From Klebsiella phage vB_Ko_K4PH164: 32,000 nt of DNA. Shown here piece after piece: positions 9,720 through 16,798 of this stretch. The stretch lies in sequence record OY979482.1, one strand, 5' to 3'. The notes below the pieces were generated by a model that saw only the letters and a list, made by a program, of their open reading frames with translations, was not told the origin of the DNA and did not search any database. Every line of letters begins with the position of its first letter. The stretch's first letter is position 1. Both the position numbers and the translations under genes were made by a program.

Positions 9720-9864
9720 CCTTACAAATAAAAACTATTGAAAGATAGGGTTCGTGGGTATCGATATGAACAATACGAGTTATAATGTTTTGGTTCTCAT
9801 ACATTCTTTGAAGTTCCTCAATAGGATAGAGAAGAAAGTGTTTACCTAATAATTTAACACTCAT
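9700..9864 (-). CDS. 54 aa hypothetical protein between dpdA and clamp (not in supplied ORF track)
   Basis: MSVKLLGKHFLLYPIEELQRMYENQNIITRIVHIDTHEPYLSIVFICKDEMEDA*; start overlaps dpdA stop (ATGA) and end overlaps clamp start. Confidence 0.6.
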   Translation of the reverse strand: MSVKLLGKHFLLYPIEELQRMYENQNIITRIVHIDTHEPYLSIVFICKDEMEDA

Positions 9865-10787
9865 CAGAATAACTCCATTATCGTTGGTTCAAATATGCGG
9901 GAGTGTTTATCTAAATTGATACGATCTGCGATCTGGCGATAGCTCCACATATTGAAGGTAGCACGAGTTTCATATATTGTGGTTAAACGCTCAAGTTCGA
10001 AACCGCTCTCTTCAATAACCTTGTCTATATAAGCCCTTTCAAGTGGGTTAAGGGTGAGTACGTGTCTGCCAGCTTCGTGTATGGTTCCGGCTTTTTCTGA
10101 AACACGATAAGGTACCCCATTGGGGATAAACATTGAGCCATAAGCTCCGAATTGAATCCAGGATGATGAATCGACGCTATACCAAGGATATCGCTCCATA
10201 ACACGGACGGAGGTGATCCCGAAGGCGTGAAATTTGGCTTTAGGTCGCCCTGCCCCGTCAATGATGTATCTTTCCCAAATCCGGTCAAGCCATGTGATGA
10301 GTTGCTCAACAGTCTTTCCGACCATGCCTCCAAGGGTAATGTAGGGATATTTTGACATGTAATATTCAAGATATCGTTCATCCTCGCCGAAGTGAAAACA
10401 GGGTAAAGGAGTAACTCCTCTGGCTTCCATTTCGTTTTGATTTCGCCAAGTCTGAAGGGGATCTCCGATTCCGTCAAGTACAGAGGCCATAATGACTCCA
10501 TCATCCTTTCGGATAATGTCTTCGTTTTCTTGAATGTATTTGCAATAGCCAGGTAAGCTGATCGTTGCTCCCATGTTCCAAGCAGAGAAAGCCCCTGAGT
10601 CAAGAAATACCTGAGCTCCGTCGGCCCGCATTTCATCGACATATTTCTGGCGATTGACATAGTGATATGACTCCAGGATGTTGGGTATGGTATCCACAAT
10701 TTCAGCTTCGCGTTCGTTCAGCTTTGGATAAGTCGACTGACCTTTGCGAAATCCGTTTGTGTAAACAGCCGCAAGATATAAGTTCAT
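9864..10787 (-). CDS. dpdA: DpdA, DNA guanine transglycosylase (TGT-like) inserting a 7-deazaguanine base into phage DNA
   Basis: MNLYLAAVYTNG..., VFLDSGAFSAWNMG, YITLGGMVGK, KFHAFGITS, YSVDSSSW motifs typical of phage DpdA; embedded with FolE/QueD/QueE/QueC. Confidence 0.85.
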   Translation of the reverse strand: MNLYLAAVYTNGFRKGQSTYPKLNEREAEIVDTIPNILESYHYVNRQKYVDEMRADGAQVFLDSGAFSAWNMGATISLPGYCKYIQENEDIIRKDDGVIMASVLDGIGDPLQTWRNQNEMEARGVTPLPCFHFGEDERYLEYYMSKYPYITLGGMVGKTVEQLITWLDRIWERYIIDGAGRPKAKFHAFGITSVRVMERYPWYSVDSSSWIQFGAYGSMFIPNGVPYRVSEKAGTIHEAGRHVLTLNPLERAYIDKVIEESGFELERLTTIYETRATFNMWSYRQIADRINLDKHSRIFEPTIMELF

Positions 10788-11041
10788 TATGCCACCAATT
10801 CAAACCAATCATTGATACGTTTTTCTAAAGCACGTTTAGCACTGTCGATGGTTGAAAATGAGTTGGTGCTTTTTGGCATACCTGGCAGCAAAAGACGCGC
10901 GTCGCATTTACTTCCATCGTGCAGTGTGGTAATTACAGCTACTTTGATTTGATTAATATAGGCGAAGGTTGCGTCACGGTATTTAAATTTCCCTGAACGC
11001 CAAATGATCTCTTTCATATTATCTCCAATAAAAAGGCCCAT
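10787..11041 (-). CDS. Hypothetical protein between folE and dpdA (likely start MKEIIW at 11017)
   Basis: 84 aa; its stop overlaps the dpdA start (TAATG), implying translational coupling. Confidence 0.55.
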   Translation of the reverse strand: MGLFIGDNMKEIIWRSGKFKYRDATFAYINQIKVAVITTLHDGSKCDARLLLPGMPKSTNSFSTIDSAKRALEKRINDWFELVA

Positions 11042-11072
11042 CTCTGAGCCTAATTATATACTACGTTTTTAA

Positions 11073-11723
11073 TCATTTACAGGCTTCAAGGAACTCGCGC
11101 CGCCAAAATCCGCCTTCAGCGATGTATTCAACGGAGTTTAGGTCGGTAGCTCCGCGGAAAGCCTTCGTTATAGTGCTCGAGCCGCATACCTGTTTAACGC
11201 CCCGCGATTCCATGCACATATGCTTGGCATCGATATAAACGCAAACGGCCAGCGGTTGCAGGTGTTCCTGGATAGCGTCTGCGATTTGGTTAGTTAGCCG
11301 TTCCTGTACTTGAAGGCGCCGGGAAAAAGCATCAACCACACGAGATAACTTGCTAAGCCCAACGATTTTTCCATTGGGGACATAGCCGACCACAGCGCGA
11401 CCAATGATAGGGGCCATGTGATGCTCACAATGGCTATAAACAGGAATATCACGAACGATAACCATTTCATTCGAACCTTCCGCACCATCTTCAAAAACTT
11501 TGAACAAGCTAGCGATATCAACATCGTAACCGCCGAACCAGGTAGCGTAGGCTTTCGCTACGCGGGCAGGTGTTTCACGCAGACCTTCGCGCAGAAGATC
11601 GTCAGGACGCTCAATGACGCGCAGCACGTTCACGATCAATGTTTCAATTTCGCTAACGTTGCGCGGGTCGTCGATCTTCGTGTCGCTGTAGGTTTCAACC
11701 GATTCGAATTTTAACTGTTCCAT
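11073..11723 (-). CDS. folE: GTP cyclohydrolase I
   Basis: VRDIPVYSHCEHHMAPIIGRAVVGYVPNGKIVGLSKLSRVVDAFSRRLQVQERLT signature. Track start is 11747, but the ATG at 11721-11723 overlaps the queD stop (TAATG) and is preferred. Confidence 0.95.
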   Translation of the reverse strand: MEQLKFESVETYSDTKIDDPRNVSEIETLIVNVLRVIERPDDLLREGLRETPARVAKAYATWFGGYDVDIASLFKVFEDGAEGSNEMVIVRDIPVYSHCEHHMAPIIGRAVVGYVPNGKIVGLSKLSRVVDAFSRRLQVQERLTNQIADAIQEHLQPLAVCVYIDAKHMCMESRGVKQVCGSSTITKAFRGATDLNSVEYIAEGGFWRREFLEACK

Positions 11724-12256
11724 TATTTGGTGTACTCCACGTGACATTTTGAGGTTTCTTCAATGCGACATTCTACTAGTTCAACGCCGTAAGGGCTGAG
11801 CAGCTCGGGCCCAATTACTTCGACCATATAGGCCGCCAGGTTTTCAGCCGTAGGGTTGAACGGCAGTTCTACCAGCGAGTTTAGAAAATGCGTTTCGTCT
11901 TTATCCTGAACACAACGCTGATTGGCTGGCAAGTTTTCTTCATCGTGAACCAAACGGACCAGACCTTCGATCAGTTTATCGTGTTCCCAATGCAGGAATT
12001 TATGATCCCAGTTTTTCTCAAGCCATTCGCAGAGCGTAGACTTAACAACACTGAAGTCGATAACACGACCGACGTTGTCCAGACCAGGTTCAACAATATG
12101 GGAACCTGCGTCTGTGTTGATTGCTTTTGTTGCTAATGGTGCAACTTTAAAATGAAATTTGTAATTGTGGCCATGCAGGTGACGACATTTGCTTTCGTGA
12201 CCTACTACCCGGTGTCCTGCGCAAATTTCGTGAGTACGAATTACAGAGTATGACAT
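11723..12256 (-). CDS. queD: 6-carboxy-5,6,7,8-tetrahydropterin synthase
   Basis: FEICAGHR-type zinc-binding motif (THEICAGHRVVGHESKCRHLHGHNYKFHF) and PTAENLAAYM; PTPS family. Confidence 0.92.
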   Translation of the reverse strand: MSYSVIRTHEICAGHRVVGHESKCRHLHGHNYKFHFKVAPLATKAINTDAGSHIVEPGLDNVGRVIDFSVVKSTLCEWLEKNWDHKFLHWEHDKLIEGLVRLVHDEENLPANQRCVQDKDETHFLNSLVELPFNPTAENLAAYMVEVIGPELLSPYGVELVECRIEETSKCHVEYTK

Positions 12257-12451
12257 TTAAACTTCCTCGCATTCTGGTAAAATGTCTTCATTGTTCTCGC
12301 TTACAAACATTAATTCATGACCTCTATGTTTGTCAAGAAAGCTAACAATATCATTTGAAGACGAAGTTGGACGGACTTCATCGGGATAACCTTGAGCAAT
12401 ATCCATGCACTTTTTACAGGACTTACATACAATATAGTGATTTGTGCTCAA
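12257..12451 (-). CDS. Small Cys-containing protein in the que operon (TTG start)
   Basis: 64 aa MSTNHYIVCKSCKKCMDIAQGYP...; GAGGTG ribosome-binding site upstream of TTG; abuts queD. Confidence 0.55.
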   Translation of the reverse strand: MSTNHYIVCKSCKKCMDIAQGYPDEVRPTSSSNDIVSFLDKHRGHELMFVSENNEDILPECEEV

Positions 12452-12493
12452 TCTTATTCACCTCAGTTAAAGCCTTCCATGGCTAGCCCATTA

Positions 12494-12979
12494 TTAGGCG
12501 ACTGTTAGGCCGTTTCGTTTACGGCCTTCGTAGATGACATATAATACAGCCGATGCTGCGAATTTGGAAAGGCTCATTGCAATGATCGACCCCCACGAAG
12601 CGAATCCAATCATATGCAGGAATATGAATGAATCAACCGGAACGGCTATGAATGAGCTTATTACCACCCGCTGATGGAAAGGCTTTTTCGTGATCGTAAA
12701 GATAGTATAGTCCAGTAACTCGCTAACAGCAAAAGAAGTTACAGATGCCACTACCACAACGGGATCACCTAACCACCAGCTAATTAAACACGCTAGCGCT
12801 ATAGCCCACAGGACGTTATGGCCAGCGCTACGCTGGGCGTAATCGCGCAGGACGAACACACAGCCCACGAAGAACGCCATAAGCGGAACCGGGCCCAGCG
12901 GAGTGGTTACAATCGGCAGATAACTAAAGCCGAGGTTTACGAAAACAACCATTAACAGATATGCGATGATGAATTTCAT
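12494..12979 (-). CDS. YhhQ/VUT-family 7-cyano-7-deazaguanine (queuosine precursor) transporter
   Basis: Hydrophobic 161 aa protein: MVVFVNLGFSYLPIVTTPLGPVPLMAFFVGCVFVLRDYAQRSAGHNVLWAIA..., ...SELLDYTIFTITKKPFHQRVVISSFIAVPVDSFIFL. Confidence 0.8.
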   Translation of the reverse strand: MKFIIAYLLMVVFVNLGFSYLPIVTTPLGPVPLMAFFVGCVFVLRDYAQRSAGHNVLWAIALACLISWWLGDPVVVVASVTSFAVSELLDYTIFTITKKPFHQRVVISSFIAVPVDSFIFLHMIGFASWGSIIAMSLSKFAASAVLYVIYEGRKRNGLTVA

Positions 12980-13243
12980 TTAGTTCACCTTATCGTAGGT
13001 AAGTTCAAAAATATCAGGTTTGCAAGGATAAAGTTCACCTTTTACACCCCGGATAATATAATCACCGCTATCCGCTCGGTGATCCCCTTCTAGAGTTTTT
13101 ATGATTAAATGATCACCATTGTCAATGGCAATACCCTCTATCACGGCGCTAGCAAACCACCCTGGCAAAGTTCCATTTGAGTAGTCAAGAAAGGGTTGAA
13201 ACTGAAAAGCCTCAATCTCAACTGGTTTTTTACGAAATTTCAT
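12980..13243 (-). CDS. Phage hypothetical protein (MKFRKKPVEIEAFQF family)
   Basis: N-terminal MKFRKKPVEIEAFQFQ...SGDYIIRGVKGELYPCKPDIFELTY, recognisable widespread small phage protein. Confidence 0.65.
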   Translation of the reverse strand: MKFRKKPVEIEAFQFQPFLDYSNGTLPGWFASAVIEGIAIDNGDHLIIKTLEGDHRADSGDYIIRGVKGELYPCKPDIFELTYDKVN

Positions 13244-13950
13244 TTTGTCTTTTCCTGATGTTGGAATAAAGCACGCTCAACGGAGGACAGGATATCAATC
13301 AAGTCCTGCTCGTAATCTTTGTGTCCACGCTTGCCTGTAGCCAGAAGCTTCTTAATAGCATGTTGCAAGGCGCCAGAGGTTACTTCAAAACAATCAATCA
13401 CGTCGTAAACATCAACAAAAACGCCGGGCTTGATTTCACGCTTATATTTGTCGTTGGCATAAAACGGACCAACGTCAGGCTCTAAGCCAGCCTTATACAG
13501 TTCCGCTTGAGTTAGTGACCTTTTTGAGAAGCATTGGCGCAACGCTTCATCGCGTTCCCAACTTTCAGCAGGTGCTGGATTGGTTTTATAATCAACAATA
13601 CCGCTGACAGGAGTCGGTGGAATAACACCAACATGGCTAGCTAAACGCCAGCAAGCGATACCATTAGGAGGTAGAGTGTCCAGGTTGCCGTTAACATTGT
13701 ATTCAATCTTAATGTGGGCATCATTGATTGACACATCTTCGAGAATTTTCTGATCATTAGTTTGAATATCGAAGTTGAATCCCAGACGATGTAAATAGTT
13801 CAGAGCTGTAATAGAACTTCTTTGCCCATTGAAACTTTGAGTATGAAGTGTTACCCAACCACCTTCACCAACGTTTCCGCGAAGTTCAGGATAATGCTGA
13901 AGAAGAAGAACAATTTCAGGCGCCATTACTTTTTGTTTGACTGGTTTCAT
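13240..13950 (-). CDS. DUF3310-like C-terminal domain protein; start revised from 14124 to 13950
   Basis: C-terminal ...VDVYDVIDCFEVTSGALQHAIKKLLATGKRGHKDYEQDLIDILSSVERAL. ATG at 13948-13950 has GGAG 5 nt upstream; the longer ORF would overlap queC by 140 nt. Confidence 0.6.
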   Translation of the reverse strand: MKPVKQKVMAPEIVLLLQHYPELRGNVGEGGWVTLHTQSFNGQRSSITALNYLHRLGFNFDIQTNDQKILEDVSINDAHIKIEYNVNGNLDTLPPNGIACWRLASHVGVIPPTPVSGIVDYKTNPAPAESWERDEALRQCFSKRSLTQAELYKAGLEPDVGPFYANDKYKREIKPGVFVDVYDVIDCFEVTSGALQHAIKKLLATGKRGHKDYEQDLIDILSSVERALFQHQEKTK

Positions 13951-13984
13951 GTTAGCTCCAAGGCGCATCCTTGCGCCAGGACGA

Positions 13985-14725
13985 TTAGAAGTTAAAAGGG
14001 TTGGCTTGAATAAAAGCTTCAAAACCGTTTGCGCGGAGTTTACAAGCCGGGCACTCGCCGCAGCCATAGCCCCACTCATGGTTGGTATTGTGGTCACCAT
14101 TATAGCAGGTGTGACTATCTTCAAGAACTACCGTTAAGAAGTCAACTGCTTTGGCCAGCGCAAAAGTTTCGGCTTTATTTAACCACATTAATGGCGTATG
14201 GATTTTAATGTTAGTTTGATAACCGAGGTTTAGGGTTTCTTCAAGTGAACGAATGAATTCGTCACGGCAATCTGGATAACCGCTATAGTCAGTTTCACAA
14301 ACACCAGTAATGAGGCTATCCGCTTCGACTTTTTGCGCATAAGCGTGGGCCGTGGTTAAAAAGAGGGCGTTACGATTCGGCACAAAGGAAGCCGGAAGGT
14401 TAGCGTTTTGGGCATGTTTAGCGCTGACATCGCCTTGTTCAGTTCCGCGAATGAGCGCACTGTTCCCGATAGATTGCAGGGCGGGAATTGAAAAGACGGT
14501 AAACGGTACGCCGTGTTCTTCACAGATACGCTTGGCGCAGTGGATCTCAACTTCGTGCTTTTGCCCATATACGAACCCCACAGCGTGTACAGTTTTAAAG
14601 TTGCGAAGGGCAAGCCCTAAGCAAGTCACAGAGTCCTGACCGCCAGACAGGACAACAACGGCGGAGTTACCCTTCACAAATTCAACAACTTCGTTCACTT
14701 TAAATGCAGATACTTTCATGATCAC
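13985..14725 (-). CDS. queC: 7-cyano-7-deazaguanine (preQ0) synthase, stand-alone QueC
   Basis: VVVLSGGQDSVTCLGLAL PP-loop, HTPLMWLNKAETFALAK, C-terminal Cys cluster HTCYNG...GYGCGECPACKLR. No Gat domain N- or C-terminal. Confidence 0.95.
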   Translation of the reverse strand: MIMKVSAFKVNEVVEFVKGNSAVVVLSGGQDSVTCLGLALRNFKTVHAVGFVYGQKHEVEIHCAKRICEEHGVPFTVFSIPALQSIGNSALIRGTEQGDVSAKHAQNANLPASFVPNRNALFLTTAHAYAQKVEADSLITGVCETDYSGYPDCRDEFIRSLEETLNLGYQTNIKIHTPLMWLNKAETFALAKAVDFLTVVLEDSHTCYNGDHNTNHEWGYGCGECPACKLRANGFEAFIQANPFNF

Positions 14726-14919
14726 TCCAGAATATCAATGTTGGCACTAATGTTTTCTAATTCAACAATATCGTAATACTGACAGCCGATTTGTTGAACT
14801 TGTTTGATCGCAATTTGGACGTAAACGCCTTCATTGTGACCTTCCCGGATTGCTAAGTTCAAATCTGCTACAGCATCTTTGATTTTCTTAGCATGTTCTT
14901 TGGCTTCTTGTGGTGTCAT
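14722..14919 (-). CDS. Hypothetical 65 aa protein between queE and queC
   Basis: MTPQEAKEHAKKIKDAVADLNLAIREGHNEGV...; ATGA overlap with queC start. Confidence 0.55.
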   Translation of the reverse strand: MTPQEAKEHAKKIKDAVADLNLAIREGHNEGVYVQIAIKQVQQIGCQYYDIVELENISANIDILE

Positions 14920-14922
14920 TTA

Positions 14923-15624
14923 TCACTCCACATTGAGTAATTTGTGAATTTGAAGCTGTACAGTGTAGTTATGCTTCATCGCGCTTTCTAAAACAGCATG
15001 AGTATTATGCAAGTTGAGTTGCTCGTCTTGCTCGTCCATCGGCTGTAAATATATCTTACCACGGAATGACTTATGAGGTCTCGCAATATAAGGGGTAGCA
15101 CGATGATCTAAAGCTTGCAGGGGTAAGCCGTCCTCCTCCCGCATATTCCCGGCCTTCATTACATACTTAAAGGCGTTGGCACGGTGCAGGGCGCTCGGAT
15201 GCAATTTAGCGGTTTTAGGGGAACACACAACCGTAACCAACTGAGAGAGATCCATTGGTATTTGCATAGAGCCGTTGGTTTCAATTTGGACATCGAAATC
15301 GTTTTCGATAAGGAAGTCGCAGAAAGGGGCGATGTTCTGGCGGAAAGGTTCGCCACCGGAAATTACGATCAGATTTGCATTACTAAATGTTGCCAGTTTA
15401 GCGCAGTCGATATCAGCAAGTATACTTTCGTAAGTTAAACGTATACGATTCTGAGTATATTCAGTATCACAACCAGGACACTGAAGATTGCAGCCAGCTA
15501 AACGGACAAATACAGCAGGACGACCACAGAAAGGTCCTTCGCCTTGAATAGTGCTGAAAATGGAATGTACTTCGAGAGTAGATTGATAATCTTTCTTTTC
15601 TGGGGTCTGAGAATTCAGCTTCAT
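14923..15624 (-). CDS. queE: 7-carboxy-7-deazaguanine synthase, radical SAM
   Basis: STIQGEGPFCGRPAVFVRLAGCNLQCPGCDTEY with the CX3CX2C cluster and VISGGEP motif. Confidence 0.93.
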   Translation of the reverse strand: MKLNSQTPEKKDYQSTLEVHSIFSTIQGEGPFCGRPAVFVRLAGCNLQCPGCDTEYTQNRIRLTYESILADIDCAKLATFSNANLIVISGGEPFRQNIAPFCDFLIENDFDVQIETNGSMQIPMDLSQLVTVVCSPKTAKLHPSALHRANAFKYVMKAGNMREEDGLPLQALDHRATPYIARPHKSFRGKIYLQPMDEQDEQLNLHNTHAVLESAMKHNYTVQLQIHKLLNVE

Positions 15625-15669
15625 GGTTTTTATCCCTGTGTCCTAGGCGAGTTTGCCAGATTGTAGATG

Positions 15670-15758
15670 TGGCGGATAGTATCCGATTCGAACGGATGGA
15701 GCCTTGCGACTCGTCTGGTTAGCAACCAGGTGCCTTAGACCAACTCAGCCAACTATCC
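15670..15758 (-). tRNA. tRNA-Ser(GCU), CCA encoded
   Basis: Manual fold: acceptor GGATAGT/ACTATCC, D stem GCT/GGC, anticodon loop TTGCTAA, long variable arm GAGTC-GCAA-GGCTC, T arm ATCCG-TTCGAAT-CGGAT, discriminator G, CCA at 15670-15672. One C-A mismatch at the top of the anticodon stem. Confidence 0.93.
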
Positions 15759-15850
15759 GGTATAGTGAGACACTCTAGAGTTCAACACCTACTCGTAGCC
15801 TCTAATCCAAAAGGGGTTATTGATTATTAACTAGAGTGTCTTACTATACC
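15759..15850. repeat. Long inverted repeat: arms 15759-15778 and 15831-15850 (19/20 complementary), 52-nt spacer
   Basis: ggtatagtgagacactctag ... ctagagtgtcttactatacc. Confidence 0.95.
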
Positions 15851-15855
15851 AATTA

Positions 15856-15880
15856 AAAAGCGTCCAATTAGGACGCTTTT
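15856..15880. terminator. Strong intrinsic terminator between the 15904 gene and the hairpin/tRNA/que segment
   Basis: AAAAGCGTCC-aatta-GGACGCTTTT, perfect 10-bp stem; - strand product is followed by TTTTTAATT. Confidence 0.9.
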
Positions 15881-15903
15881 AAGTTTACTCGCTAAATGCT
15901 TGA

Positions 15904-16662
15904 TTAGTCAAGCAGACCCTGCGGCAGAGGGATAGCAACGCGACCTTCGATGCCGTTGAACTTCTTCCAGCGTGCGTACTGAGTCTTAACGGTGTCGTAG
16001 TTCAGACCACGTTGCTCAGCGCCTTGGAGGACGATACTGATCGGTGCCGGTTGGCTCAGCTTGGCGGACAGTTCGTCCATCAGCGCCCAGGCATTGCCGC
16101 AAGCGGTATCCGGACGCGGACGGGTAATACCGTTCTGGTTCGGCATTGCATTGGCAGCTTTCGCTTCGTCTTTCAGGCGCTTCGCTTCAGCTTTTTCAGC
16201 TTCTTTCGCTGCTTTTTTAGCAGCGGCCACTTTACCTTTGACGCCTTTCAGCGCTTCGTCCAGTGCAGAGACCAGGCCTTCGGCCGAAGTTACAGCAGCA
16301 GCCAGTTCGCCCGGCTCTTTCAGTTTTTTAACAGTCGCTTTGATCAGCTTCAGCGATTCGCGAGCAGCTTTCAGAGAAGCGCCGGCGTTTTCGCCCGCAG
16401 TGTTAACCTGATCAACGGTGCTTTCTTCGGTCAGCGATGCCAGAGAAGCGGTACCGTTATCGGTGTGACCTTTCAGGGTGGTGAATTCGGCGGTCACTTT
16501 TTCGTTGGCTTCGGCCAGCTTGTTCGCTTCGGCTTGAGCTTTTTCATCAGCTTTCTGCTGATCTTTCTGCTCTTTAGCCAGTTTCGCTTTTTCAGCGGCT
16601 TCTTTTTTCGCCTGGGCGGCTTTTTCTTTTTTCTGTTCAGGGGTCAGTTCTACGTTTTCCAT
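15904..16662 (-). CDS. Ala/Lys-rich coiled-coil protein with conserved-looking C-terminal domain
   Basis: Start MENVELTPEQKKEK preceded by GGAG; EKA/KKA-rich middle; C-terminal RPRPDTACGNAWALMDELSAKLSQPAPISIVLQGAEQRGLNYDTVKTQYARWKKFNG. Confidence 0.7.
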   Translation of the reverse strand: MENVELTPEQKKEKAAQAKKEAAEKAKLAKEQKDQQKADEKAQAEANKLAEANEKVTAEFTTLKGHTDNGTASLASLTEESTVDQVNTAGENAGASLKAARESLKLIKATVKKLKEPGELAAAVTSAEGLVSALDEALKGVKGKVAAAKKAAKEAEKAEAKRLKDEAKAANAMPNQNGITRPRPDTACGNAWALMDELSAKLSQPAPISIVLQGAEQRGLNYDTVKTQYARWKKFNGIEGRVAIPLPQGLLD

Positions 16663-16698
16663 ATTGCACTCCACATGATCTGTTTAATGTTTAAGAGG

Positions 16699-16727
16699 GT
16701 TATACCACAAGACAGAACGAAACTTAA
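16699..16727 (-). promoter_or_regulatory. Candidate sigma70 promoter with extended -10 upstream of the 15904 gene
   Basis: - strand TTAAGT - 17 nt - TATAAC with TG at the extended -10 position (TGGTATAAC). Confidence 0.4.
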
Positions 16728-16798
16728 CAGAGCCGTTTAGATCGTGCAAGCTTTATTTTCGGTATTGTGGTTACTTTTAATCTCCGCTGTTTTAAGAG

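Noticed and set aside
13951-14124. N-terminal extension of the 13240 ORF overlapping queC
   Set aside because: No ribosome-binding support and low-quality extension (MKIVTPAIMVTTIPTMSGAMAAASARLV...); a good GGAG-ATG start exists at 13950.
13985-14725. Gat-QueC fusion (would indicate dG+/archaeosine)
   Set aside because: The ORF is only 246 aa and fully accounted for by QueC motifs; neighbouring ORFs show no glutamine amidotransferase-like or ArcS-like motif.
15759-15850. Second tRNA adjacent to tRNA-Ser
   Set aside because: No D or T arm and no TTCGA-type T loop; the 20-bp stem is too long for an acceptor stem.
16012-16740. 242 aa + strand ORF opposite the 15904 gene
   Set aside because: Phe/Arg-rich antisense product of a Lys/Ala/Glu coding region; no ribosome-binding site or context support.
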